Shown piece by piece: positions 1 through 15,000 of a DNA stretch of 64,000 bases. Source of the DNA: Eledone cirrhosa (taxonomy: Eukaryota); NCBI GenBank assembly GCA_964016885.1, contig OZ024743.1, forward strand, positions 93,992,001-94,056,000. The letters are read 5' to 3'. A model generated the notes under the pieces. That model made no database searches, was not told the origin of the DNA, and saw only the letters and a list, made by a program, of their open reading frames with translations. Position numbers and translations under genes: made by a program. Numbering within the stretch: position 1 is the first letter of the stretch; the number at the start of each line of letters is the position of its first letter.

Positions 1-3000
1 GTGGGATATAGTCACACATTGTTGGTACTGGTATGGTGTGATATAGTCACACATTGTTGGTACTGGAATGGTGGGATATAGTCACCCATTGTTGGTACTG
101 GTATGGTGGGATATAGTCACATATTGTTGGTACTGGAATGGTGGGATATAGTCACACATTGTTGGTACTGGTATGGTGGAATATAGTCACACATTGTTGG
201 TACTGAGATGGTGGGATATAGTCACACATTGTTGGTACAGGGATGGTGAGATATAGTCACACATTGTTGGTACTGGTATGGTGGGATATAGTCACCCATT
301 GTTGGTACTGGAATGGTGGGATATAGTCATACATTGTTGGTACTGGGATGGTGGGATATAGTCACACATTGTTGGTACTGGTATGGTGGGATATAGTCAC
401 ACATTGTTGGTACTGGAATGGTGGGATATAGTCACCCATTGTTGGTACTGGTATGGTGGGATATAGTCACACATTGTTGGTACTGGTATGGTGGGATATA
501 GTCACATATTGTTGGTACTGGTATGGTGGGATATAGTCACACATTGTTGGTACTGGGATGGTGGGATATAGTCCCATATTGTTGGTACTGGGATGGTGAG
601 ATATAGTCACACATTGTTGGTACTGGGATGGTGGGATATAGTCACATATTGTTGGTACTGGTATGGTGGGATGTAGTCACACATTGTTGGTACTGGTATG
701 GTTGTATATAGTCACCCATTGTTGGTACTGGAATGGTGGGATATAGTCACACATTGTTGGTACTGGAATGGTGGGATATAGTCACACATTGTTGGTACTG
801 AGATGGTGGGATATAGTCACACATTGTTGGTACTGGTGTGGTGGGATATAGTCACACATTGTTGGTACTGGGGTGGTGGGATATAGTCACACATTGTTCG
901 TACTGGTATAGTGGGATATAGTCACATATTGTTGGTATTGGGGTGGTGGGATATAGTCACACATAGTTGGTACTGGGGTGGTGGGATATAGTCCCATATT
1001 GTTGGTACTGGTATGGTGGGATATAGTCACACGTTGTTGGTACTGGTATGGAGGGATATAGTCACACGTTGTTGGTACTGGAATGGTGGGATATAGTCAC
1101 ACATTGTGGGTACTGAGATGGTGGGATATAGTCACACATTGTTGGTACTGGTGTGGTGGGATATAGTCACACATTGTTGGTACTGGTATGGAGGGATATA
1201 GTCACACATTGTTGGTACTGGAATGGTGGGATATAGTCACACACTGTTGGTACTGAGATGGTGGGATATAGTCACACATTGTTGGTACAGGTATGGTGGG
1301 ATATAGTCACACACTGTTGGTACTGGGATGGTGGGATATAGTCACACATTGTTGGTACTGGGGTGGTGGGATATAGTCACATATTGTTGGTCCTGGGGTG
1401 GTGGGATATAGTCACACATTGTTGGTACTGGAATGGTGGGATATAGTCACACATTGTTGGTACTGAGATGGTGGGATATAGTCACACATTGTTGGTACTG
1501 GTGTGGTGGGATATAGTCACACATTGTTGGTACTGGTATGGTGGGATATAGTCACACATTGTCGGTACTGGTATGGTGGGATATAGTCACATATTGTTGG
1601 TACTGGGGTGGTGGGATATAGTCACACTTTGTTGGTACTGGGGTGGTGGGATATAGTCACACATTGTGGGTACTGGGATGTTGGGATATAGTCACACATT
1701 GTTGGTACTGGGGTGGTGGGATATAGTAACACATTGTTGGTACTGGTATGGTGGGATATAGTCACACATTGTTGGTAATGGGATGGTTGGATATAGTCAC
1801 ACATTGTTGGTACTGGTATGGTGGGATATAGTCACACATTGTTGGTACTGGGATGGTGGGATATAGTCACACATAGTTGGTACTGGGATGGTGGGATATA
1901 GTCACATATTGTTGGTACTGGTGTGGTGGGATATAGTCACATATTGTTGGTACTGGAATGGTGGGATATAGTCACATATTGTTGGTACAGGTGTGGTGGG
2001 ATATAGTCACACATTGTTGATACTGGGATGGTGGGATATAGTCACACATAGTTGGTACTGGGATGGTGGGATATAGTCACATATTGTTGGTACTGGGATG
2101 GTGGGATATAGTCACATATTGTTGGTACTGGTGTGGTGGGATATAGTCACATATTGTTGGTACTGGTGTGGTGGGATATAGTCACACATTGTTGGTACTG
2201 GGATGGTGGGATATAGTCACACATAGTTGGTACTGGGATGGTGAGATATAGTCACATATTGTTGGTACTGGAATGGTGGAATATAGTCACATATTGTTGG
2301 TACTGGAATGGTGGGATATAGTCACATATTGTTGGTACTGGTGTGGTGGGATATAGTCACATATTGTTGGTACTGGTGTGGTGGGATATAGTCACACATT
2401 GTTGGTACTGGTGTGGTGGGATATAGTCACACATTGTTGGTACTGGGATGGTGGGATATAGTCACACATAGTTGGTACTGGGATGGTGAGATATAGTCAC
2501 ATATTGTTGGTACTGGAATGGTGGAATATAGTCACATATTGTTGGTACTGGAATGGTGGGATATAGTCACATATTGTTGGTACTGGTGTGGTGGGATATA
2601 GTCACACATTGTTGGTACTGGGATGGTGGGATATAGTCACACATAGTTGGTACTGGGATGGTGAGATATAGTCACATATTGTTGGTACTGGAATGGTGGA
2701 ATATAGTCACATATTGTTGGTACTGGAATGGTGGGATATAGTCACATATTGTTGGTACTGGTGTGGTGGGATATAGTCACACATTGTTGGTACTAGGGTG
2801 GTGGGATATAGTCACACATTGTTGGTACTGGAATGGTGGGATATAGTCAGATATTGTTGGTACTGGTGTTGTGGGATATAGTCACACATTGTTGGTACTG
2901 GTATGGTGGGATATGGTCAAATATTGTTGGTACTGGGGTGGTGGGATATAGTCACACATTGTTGGTACTGGGATGGTGGGATATAGTCACATATTGTTGG

Positions 3001-6000
3001 TACTGGGATGGTGGGATATAGTCACACATTGTTGGTATTGGTATGGTGGGATATAGTCACACATTGTTGGTACAGGTATGGTGGGATATAGTCACACATT
3101 GTTGGTACTGGGATGGTGGGATATAGTCACATTGTTGGTACTGGGATGGTGGGATATAGTCACACATTGTTGGTACTGGTATGGTGGGATATAGTCAAAT
3201 ATTGTTGGTACTGGGATGGTGGGATATAGTCACATTGTTGGTACTGGGATGGTGGGATATAGTCACACATTGTTGGTACTGGTATGGTGGGATATAGTCA
3301 AATATTGTTGGTACTGGGGTGGTGGGATATAGTCACACATTGTTGGTACGGGGGTGGTGGGATATAGTCACACATTGTTGGTACTGGTATGGTGGGATAT
3401 AGTCACACATTGTTGGTACTGGGGTGGTGGGATATAGTCACACATTGTTCGTACTGGTATAGTGGGATATAGTCACATATTGTTGGTATTGGGGTGGTGG
3501 GATATAGTCACACATTGTTGGTACTGGGGTGGTGGGATATAGTCACATATTGTTGGTACTGGTATGGTGGGATATAGTCACACGTTGTTGGTACTGGTAT
3601 GGAGGGATATAGTCACACGTTGTTGGTACTGGAATGGTGGGATATAGTCACACATTGTTGGTACTAAGATGGTGGGATATAGTCACACATTGTTGGTACT
3701 GGTGTGGTGGGATATAGTCACACATTGTTGGTACTGGTATGGAGGGTTATAGTCACACATTGTTGGTACTGGAATGGTGGGATATAGTCACACATTGTTG
3801 GTACTGAGATGGTGGGATATAGTCACACATTGTTGGTACAGGTATGGTGGGATATAGTCACACACTGTTGGTACTGGGATGGTGAGATATAGTCACACAT
3901 TGTTGGTACTGAGATGGTGGGATATAGTCACACATTGTTGGTACTTGTATGGTGGGATATAGTCACACATTGTTGGTACTGGGGTGGTGGGATATAGTCA
4001 CATATTGTTGGTCCTGGGGTGGTGGGATATAGTCACACATTGTTGGTACTGGAATGGTGGGATATAGTCACATATTGTTGGTACTGGGATGGTGGGATAT
4101 AGTCACACATTGTTGGTACTGGAATGGTGGGATATAGTCACACATTGTTGGTACAGGTATGGTGGGATATAGTCACACATAGTTGGTACTGGGATGGTGG
4201 GATATAGTCACACATAGTTGGTACTGGGATGGTGGGATATAGTCACACATTGTTGGTACTTGTATGGTGGGATATAGTCACACATTGTTGGTACTGGGGT
4301 GGTGGGATATAGTCACATATTGTTGGTCCTGGGGTGGTGGGATATAGTCACACATTGTTGGTACTGGAATGGTGGGATATAGTCACACATTGTTGGTACT
4401 GGGGTGGTGGGATATAGTCACACATTGTTGGTACTGGGGTGGTGGGATATAGTCACACATTGTTGGTACTGGTATGGTGGGATATAGTCACACATTGTCG
4501 GTACTGGTATGGTGGGATATAGTCACATATTGTTGGTACTGGGGTGGTTGGATATAGTCACACTTTGTTGGTACTGGGGTGGTGGGATATAGTCACACAT
4601 TGTTGGTACTGGTATGGTGGGATATAGTCTCACATTGTTGGTACTGGTATGGTGGGATATAGTCACATTGTTGGTACTGGGATGGTGGGATATAGTCACA
4701 CATTGTTGGTACTGGTATGGTGGGATATAGTCACACATTGTGGGTACTGAGATGGTGGGATATAGTCACACATTGTTGGTACTGGTATGGTGGGATATAG
4801 TCACATTGTGGGTACTGGTATGGTGGGATATAGTCACACATTGTTGGTACAGGTATGGTGGGATATAGTCACACATTGTTGGTACTGGGGTGGTGGGATA
4901 TAGTCACACATTGTTGGTACTGGAATGGTGAGATATAGTCACACATTGTTGGTACTGGGATGGTGGGATATAGTCACACATTGTTGGTACTGGGGTGGTG
5001 GGATATAGTCACACATTGTTGGTACTGGGATGGTGGGATATAGTCACATATTGTTGGTACTGGGATGGTGGGATATAGTCACACATTGTTGGTACTGGTA
5101 TGGTGGGATATAGTCACACATTGTTGGTACTGGTATGGTGGGATATAGTCACACATTGTTGGTACAGGTATGGTGGGATATAGTCACACATTGTTGGTAC
5201 TGGGGTGGTGGGATATAGTCACACATTGTGGGTACTGGTATGGTGGGATATAGTCACACATTGTTGGTACTGGGGTGGTGGGATATAGTCACACATTGTG
5301 GGTACTGGTATGGTGGGATATAGTCACACAATGTTGGTACTGGGATGGTGGGATATAGTCACACATTGTTGGTACTGGTATGGTGGGATATAGTCACACA
5401 TTGTGGGTACTGAGATGGTGGGATATAGTCACACATTGTTGGTACTGGTATGGTGGGATATAGTCACACATTGTTGGTACTGAGATGGTGGGATATAGTC
5501 ACACATTGTTGGTACTGGTATGGTGGGATATAGTCACACATTGTTGGTACAGGTATGGTGGGATATAGTCACACATTATTGGTACTGGAATGGTGGGATA
5601 CAGTCACACATTGTTGGTACTGGGATGGTGGGATATAGTCACAAATTGTTGGTACTGGTATGGTGGGATATAGTCACTCATTGTTGGTACAGGTATGGTG
5701 GGATATAGTCACACATTGTTGGTACTGGGGTGGTGGGATATAGTCTCACATTGTGGGTACTGGTATGGTGGGATATAGTCACACATTGTTGGTACTGGGG
5801 TGGTGGGATATAGTCACACATTGTGGGTACTGGTATGGTGGGATATAATCACACATTGTTGGTACTGGGATGGTGGGATATAGTCACACATTGTTGGTAC
5901 TGGTATGGTGGGATATAGTCACACATTGTGGGTACTGAGATGGTGGGATATTGTCACACATTGTTGGTACTGGTATGGTGGGATATAGTCACACATTGTT

Positions 6001-9000
6001 GGTACTGAGATGGTGGGATATAGTCACACATTGTTGGTACTGGTTTGGTGGGATATAGTCACACATTGTTGGTACTGGAATGGTGGGATATAGTCACACA
6101 TTCTTGGTACTGGGATGGTGGGATATAGTCACACATTGTTGGTACTGGGATGGTGGGATATAGTCACACATTGTTGGTACTGGGGTGGTGGGATATAGTC
6201 ACACATTGTTGGTACTGGGATGGTGGGATATAGTCACATATTGTTGGTACTGGGATGGTGGGATATAGTCACACATTGTTGGTACTGGTATGGTGGGATA
6301 TAGTCACACATTGTTGGTACTGGTATGGTGGGATATAGTCACACATTGTTGGTACAGGTATGGTGGGATATAGTCACACATTGTTGGTACTGGTATGGTG
6401 GGATATAGTCACACATTGTGGGTATTGAGATGGTGGGATATAGTCACACATTGTTGGTACTGGTATGGTGGGATATAGTCACACATTGTTGGTACTGAGA
6501 TGGTGGGATATAGTCACACATTGTTGGTACTGGTATGGTGGGATATAGTCACACATTGTTGGTACAGGTATGGTGGGATATAGTCACACATTGTTGGTAC
6601 TGGAATAGTGGGATATAGTCACACATTGTTGGTACTGGGATGGTGGGATATAGTCACAAATTGTTGGTACTGGTATGGTGGGATATAGTCACACATTGTT
6701 GGTACAGGTATGGTGGGATATAGTCACACATTGTTGGTACTGGGGTGGTGGGATATAGTCACACATTGTGGGTACTGGTATGGTGGGATATAGTCACACA
6801 TTGTGGGTACTGGTATGGTAGGATATTGTCACACATTGTTGGTACTGGAATGGTGGGATATAGTCACACATTGTTGGTACTGGGATGGTGGCATATAGTC
6901 ACACATTGTTGGTACTGGGATGGTGGGATATAGTCACACATTGTTGGTACTGGTATGGTGGGATATAGTCACACATTGTTGGTACTGGGATGGTGGGATA
7001 TAGTCACACATTGTTGGTACAGGTATGGTGGGATATAGTCACACATTGTTGGTACTGGTATGGTGGGATAAAGTCACACATTGTTGGTACTGGGGTGGTG
7101 GGATATAGTCACACATTGTGGGTACTGGTATGGTGGCATATAGTCACACATTGTTGGTACTGGGATGGTGGGATATAGTCACACATTGTTGGTACTGGTA
7201 TGGTGGGATATAGTCACACATTGTGGGTACTGAGATGGTGGGATATAGTCACACATTGTTGGTACTGGTATGGTGGGATATAGTCACATTGTGGGTACTG
7301 GTATGGTGGGATATAGTCACACATTGTTGGTACAGGTATGGTGGGATATAGTCACACATTGTTGGTACAGGTATGGTGGGATATAGTCACACATTGTTGG
7401 TACAGGTATGGTGGGATATAGTCACACATTGTTGGTACTGGAATGGTGGGATATAGTCACACATTGATGGTACTGGGATGGTGGGATATAGTCACACATT
7501 GTTGGTACTGGTATGGTGGGATATAGTCACACATTGTGGGTACTGGTATGGTGGGATATAGTCACACATTGTTGGTACTGGGGTGGTGGGATATAGTCAC
7601 ACATTGTTGGTACTGGGGTGGTGGGATATAGTCACACATTGTTGGTACTGGTATGGTGGGATATAGTCACACATTGTTGGTACTGGTATGGTGGGATATA
7701 GTCACACATTGTTAGTACTGGGATGGTGGGATATAGTCACACATTGTTGGTACTGGGGTGGTGGGATATAGTCACACATTGTTGGTACTGGTATGGTGGG
7801 ATATAGTCACACATTGTGGGTACTGGTATGGTGGGATATAGTCACACATTGTTGGTACTGGGGTGGTGGGATATAGTCACACATTGTGGGTACTGGTATG
7901 GTGGCATATAGTCACACATTGTTGGTACTGGGATGGTGGGATATAGTCACACATTGTTGGTACTGGTATGGTGGGATATAGTCACACATTGTGGGTACTG
8001 AGATGGTGGGATATAGTCACACATTGTTGGTACTGGTATGGTGGGATATAGTCACATTGTGGGTACTGGTATGGTGGGATATAGTCACACATTGTTGGTA
8101 CAGGTATGGTGGGATATAGTCACACATTGTTGGTACAGGTATGGTGGGATATAGTCACACATTGTTGGTACAGGTATGGTGGGATATAGTCACACATTGT
8201 TGGTACTGGAATGGTGGGATATAGTCACACATGTTTGGTACTGGGATGGTGGGATATAGTCACACATTGTTGGTACTGTGATGGTGGGATATAGTCACAC
8301 ATTGTTGGTACTGGGGTGGTGGGATATAGTCACACATTGTTGGTACTGGAATGGTGGGATATAGTCACACATTGTTGGTACTGGGATGGTGGGATATAGT
8401 CACACATTGTTGGTACTGGGATGGTGGGATATAGTCACACATTGTTGGTACTGGGGTGGTGGGATATAGTCACACATTGTTGGTACTGGGATGGTGGGAT
8501 ATAGTCAAATATTGTTGGTAGTGGGATGGTGGGATATAGTCACACATTGTTGGTACTGGTATGGTGGGATATAGTCACACATTGTTGGTACTGGTATGGT
8601 GGGATATAGTCACACATTGTTGGTACAGGTATGGTGGGATATAGTCACACATTGTTGGTACTGGGGTGGTGGGATATAGTCACACACTGTGGGTACTGGT
8701 ATGGTGCGATATAGTCACACATTGTTGGTACTGGGGTGGTGGGATATAGTCACACATTGAGGGTACTGGTATGGTGGGATATAGTCACACATTGTTGGTA
8801 CTGAGATGGTGGGATATAGTAACACATTGTTGGTACTGGTATGGTGGGATATAGTCACACATTGTTGGTACAGGTATGGTGGGATATAGTCACACATTAT
8901 TGGTACTGGAATGGTGGGATATAGTCACACATTGTTGGTACTGGGATGGTGGGATATAGTCACAAATTGTTGGTTCTGGTATGGTGGGATATAGTCACAC

Positions 9001-12000
9001 ATTGTTGGTACAGGTATGGTGGGATATAGTCACACATTGTTGGTACTGGGGTGGTGGGATATAGTCTCACATTGTGGGTACTGGTATGGTGGGATATAGT
9101 CACACATTGTTGGTACTGGGGTGGTGGGATATAGTCACACATTGTGGGTACTGGTATGGTGGGATATAGTCACACATTGTTGGTAGTGGGATGGTGGGAT
9201 ATAGTCACACATTGTTGGTACTGGTATGGTGGGATATAGTCACACATTGTGGGTACTGAGATGGTGGGATATAGTCACACATTGTTGGTACTGGTATGGT
9301 GGGATATAGTCACACATTGTTGGTACTGAGATGGTGGGATATAGTCACACATTGTTGGTACTGGTATGGTGGGATATAGTCACACATTGTTGGTACTGGT
9401 ATGGTGGCATATAGTCACACATTGTGGGTACTGAGATGGTGGGATATAGTCACACATTGTTGGTACTGGTATGGTGGGATATAGTCACACATTGTTGGTA
9501 CTGAGATGGTGGGATATAGTCACACATTGTTGGTACTGGTATGGTGGGATATAGTCACACATTGTTGGTACTGGGATGGTGGGATATAGTCACACATTGT
9601 TGGTACTGGAATGGTGGGATATAGTCACACATTGTTGGTACTGGGATGGTGGGATATAGTCACACATTGTTGGTACTGGGATGGTGGGATATAGTCACAC
9701 ATTGTTGGTACTGGGGTGGTGGGATATAGTCACACATTGTTGGTACTGGAATAGTGGGATATAGTCACACATTGTTGGTACTGGGATGGTGGGATATAGT
9801 CACACATTGTTGGTACTGGGATGGTGGGATATAGTCACACATTGTTGGTACTGGGGTGGTGGGATATAGTCACACATTGTTGGTACTGGGATGGTGGGAT
9901 ATAGTCACATATTGTTGGTACTGGGATGGTGGGATATAGTCACACATTGTTGGTACTGGTATGGTGGGATATAGTCACACATTGTTGGTACTGGTATGGT
10001 GGGATATAGTCACACATTGTTGGTACTGGTATGGTGGGATATAGTCACACATTGTTGGTACAGGTATGGTGGGATATAGTCACACATTGTTGGTACTGGG
10101 GTGGTGTGATATAGTCACACATTGTGGGTACTGGTATGGTGGGATATAGTCACACATTGTTGGTACTGGGGTGGTGGGATATAGTCACACATTGTGGGTA
10201 CTGGTATGGTGGGATATCGTCACACATTGTTGGTACTGGGATGGTGGGATATAGTCACACATTGTTGGTACTGGTATGGTGGGATATAGTCACACATTGT
10301 GGGTATTGAGATGGTGGGATATAGTCACACATTGTTGGTACTGGTATGGTGGGATATAGTCACACATTGTTGGTACTGAGATGGTGGGATATAGTCACAC
10401 ATTGTTGGTACTGGTATGGTGGGATATAGTCACACATTTTTGGTACAGGTATGGTGGGATATAGTCACACATTGTTGGTACTGGAATGGTGGGATATAGT
10501 CACACATTGTTGGTACTGGGATGGTGGGATATAGTCACAAATTGTTGGTACTGGTATGGTGGGATATAGTCACACATTGTTGGTACAGGTATGGTGGGAT
10601 ATAGTCACACATTGTTGGTACTGGGGTGGTGGGATATAGTCACACATTGTGGGTACTGGTATGGTGGGATATAGTCACACATTGTTGGTACTGGGGTGGT
10701 GGGATATACTCAAACATTGTGGGTACTGGTATGGTGGGATATAGTCACACATTGTTGGTACTGGGATGATGGGATATAGTCACACATTGTTGGTACTGGT
10801 ATGGTGGGATATAGTCACACATTGTGGGTACTGATATGGTGGGATATAATCACACATTGTTGGTACTGGTATGGTGGGATATAGTCACACATTGTGGGTA
10901 CTGGTATGGTGGGATATAGTCACACATTGTTGGTACTGGAATAGTGGGATATAGTCACACATTGTTGGTACTGGGATGGTGGGATATAGTCACACATTGT
11001 TGGTACTGGGATGGTGGGATATAGTCACACATTGTTGGTACTGGTATGGTGGGATATAGTCACACATTGTTGGTACTGGGATGGTGGGATATAGTCACAC
11101 ATTGTTGGTACAGGTATGGTGGGATATAGTCACACATTGTTGGTAGTGGGATGGTGGGATATAGTCACACATTGTTGGTACTGGGATGGTGGGATATAGT
11201 CACACATTGTTGGTACTGGGATGGTGGGATATAGTCACACATTGTTGGTACTGGGGTGGTGGGATATAGTCACACATTGTTCGTACTGGTATAGTGGGAT
11301 ATAGTCACATATTGTTGGTATTGGGGTGGTGGGATATAGTCACACATTGTTGGTACTAGGGTGGTGGGATATAGTCACATATTGTTGGTACTGGTATGGT
11401 GGGATATAGTCACACATTGTTGGTCCTGGGGTGGTGGGATATAGTCACACATTGTGGGTACTGGTATGGTGGGATATAGTCACACATTGTTGGTACTGGG
11501 ATGGTGGGATATAGTCACACATTGTTGGTACTGGTATGGTGGGATATAGTCACACATTGTGGGTACTGAGATGGTGGGATATAGTCACACATTGTTGGTA
11601 CTGGAATGGTGGGATATAGTCACACATTGTTGGTACTGGTATGGTGGGATATAGTCACACATTGTGGGTACTGAGATGGTGGGATATAGTCACACATTGT
11701 TGGTACTGGAATGGTGGGATATAGTCACACATTGTTGGTACTGGTATGGTGGGATATAGTCACACATTGTGGGTACTGAGATGGTGGGATATAGTCACAC
11801 ATTGTTGGTACTGGGGTGGTGGGATATAGTCACACATTGTTGGTACTGGTATGGTGGGATATAGTCACACATTGTTGGTACTGGAATGGTGGGATATAGT
11901 CACACATTGTTGGTACTGGGATGGTGGGATATAGTCACACATTGTTGGTACTGGGATGGTGGGATATAGTCACACATTGTTGGTACTGGTATGGTGGGAT

Positions 12001-15000
12001 ATAGTCACACATTGTTGGTACTGGGATGGTGGGATATAGTCACACATTGTTGGTACTGGGGTGGTGGGATATAGTCACACATTGTTGGTACTGGGATGGT
12101 GGGATATAGTCACATATTGTTGGTACTGGGATGGTGGGATATAGTCACACATTGTTGGTACTGGGATGGTGGGATATAGTCACACATTGTTGGTACTGGT
12201 ATGGTGGGATATAGTCACACATTGTTGGTACTGGTATAGTGGGATATAGTCACACATTGTTGGTACTGGTATGGCGGGATATAGTCACACATTGTGGGTA
12301 CTGGTATGGTGGGATATAGTCACACATTGTTGGTACAGGTATGGTGGGATATAGTCACACATTGTTGGTACTGGGATGGTGGGATATAGTCACACATTGT
12401 TGGTACTGGTATGGTGGGATATTGTCACACATTGTTGGTACTGGTATGGTGGGATATAGTCACACATTGTTGGTACTGGTATGGTGGGATATAGTCACAC
12501 ATTGGTACTGGGATGGTGGGATATAGTCCCACATTGTTGGTACTGGTATGGTGGGATATAGTCACACATTGTTGGTACAGGTATGGTGTGATATAGTCAC
12601 ACATTGTTGGTACTGGGGTGGTGGGATATAGTCACACATTGTGGGTACTGGTATGGTGGGATATAGTCACACATTGTTGGTACTGGGGTGGTGGGATACA
12701 GTCACACATTGTGGGTAATGGGGTGGTGGGATATAGTCACACACTGTTGGTACTGGTATGGTGGGATATAGTCACACATTGTTGGTACTGGGATGGTGGG
12801 ATATAGTCACACATTGTGGGTCCTGGGGTGGTGGGATATAGTCACACACTGTTGGTACTGGTATGGTGGGATATAGTCACACATTGTTGGTACTGGGATG
12901 GTGGGATATAGTCACATATTGTTGGTACTGGGATGGTGGGATATAGTCACACATAGTTGGTACTGGGATGGTGGAATATAGTCACACATTGTTGGTACTG
13001 AGATGGTGGGATATAGTCACATATTGTTGGTACTGGGATGGTGGGATATAGTCACACATTGTGGGTACTGGTATGGTGGGATATAGTCACACATTGTTGG
13101 TACTGGGGTGGTGGGATATAATCACACATTGTGGGTAATGGGGTGGTGGGATATAGTCACACACTGTTGGTACTGGTATGGTGGGATATAGTCACACATT
13201 GTTGGTACTGGGATGGTGGGATATAGTCACACATTGTGGGTCCTGGGGTGGTGGGATATAGTCACACACTGTTGGTACTGGTATGGTGGGATATAGTCAC
13301 ACAATGTTGGTACTGGGATGGTGGGATATAGTCACATATTGTTGGTACTGGGATGGTGGGATATAGTCACACATAGTTGGTACTGGGATGGTGGAATATA
13401 GTCACACATTGTTGGTACTGGGATGGTGGGATATAGTCACATATTGTTGGTACTGGGATGGTGGGATATAGTCACACATAGTTGGTACTGGGATGGTGGA
13501 ATATAGTCACACATTGTTTGTACTGGTATGGTGGGATATAGTCACACATTGTTGGTACAGGCATGGTGGGACATAGTCACACATTGTTGGTACTGGGATG
13601 GTGGGATATAGTCACACATTGTTGGTACTGGGGTGGTGGGATATAGTCACACATAGTTGGTACTGGGATGGTGGAATATAGTCACACATTGTTTGTACTG
13701 GTATGGTGGGATATAGTCACACATTGTTGGTACAGGCATGGTGGGACATAGTCACACATTGTTGGTACTGGGATGGTGGGATATAGTCACACATTGTTGG
13801 TACTGGGGTGGTGGGATATAGTCACACATTGTGGGTACTGGGGTGGTGGGATATAGTCACACACTGTTGGTACTGGTATGGTGGGATATAGTCACACATT
13901 GTGGGTACTGGGGTGGTGGGATATAGTCACACATTGTTGGTACTGGTATGGTGGGATATAGTCACACATTGTTGGTACTTAGGTGGTGGGATATAATCAC
14001 ACATTGTTGGTACTGGGGTGGTGGGATATAGTCACACATTGTTGGTACTGGGATGGTGGGATATAGTCACACATTGTTGGTACAGGTATGGTGGGATATA
14101 GTCACACATTGTTGGTACTGGTATGGTGGGATATAGTCACACATTGTTGGTACTGGGATGGTGGGATATAGTCATACATTGTTGGTACTGAGATGGTGGG
14201 ATATAGTCACACATTGTTGGTACTGGTATGGTAGGATATAGTCATAAATTGTTGGTACTGGTATGGTGGGATATAGTCACACATTGTGGGTACTGAGATG
14301 GTGGGATATAGTCACACATTGTTGGTACTGGTATGGTGGGATATAGTCACACATTGTTGTTACAGGTATGGTGGGATATAGTCACACATTGTTGGTACTG
14401 GAATGGTGGGATATAGTCACACATTGTTGGTACTGGGATGGTGGGATATAGTCACACATTGTTGGTACTGGGATGGTGGGATATAGTCACACATTGTTGG
14501 TACTGGTATGGTGGGATATAGTCACACATTGTTGGTACTGGGATGGTGGGATATAGTCACACATTGTTGGTACTGGGATGGTGGGATATAGTCACACATT
14601 GTTGGTACTGGTATGGTGGGATATAGTCACACATTGTTGGTACTGGGATGGTGGGATATAGTCACACATTGTTGGTACTGGTATGGTGGGATATAGTCAC
14701 ACATTGTGGGTACTGGTATGGTGGGATATAGTCACACATTGTTGGTACAGGTATGGTGGGATATAGTCACACATTGTTGGTACTGGGATGGTGGGATATA
14801 GTCACACATTGTTGGTACTGGTATGGTGGGATATTGTCACACATTGTTGGTACTGGTATGGTGGGATATAGTCACACATTGTTGGTACTGGTATGGTGGG
14901 ATATAGTCACACATTGGTACTGGGATGGTGGGATATAGTCCCACATTGTTGGTACTGGTATGGTGGGATATAGTCACACATTGTTGGTACAGGTATGGTG

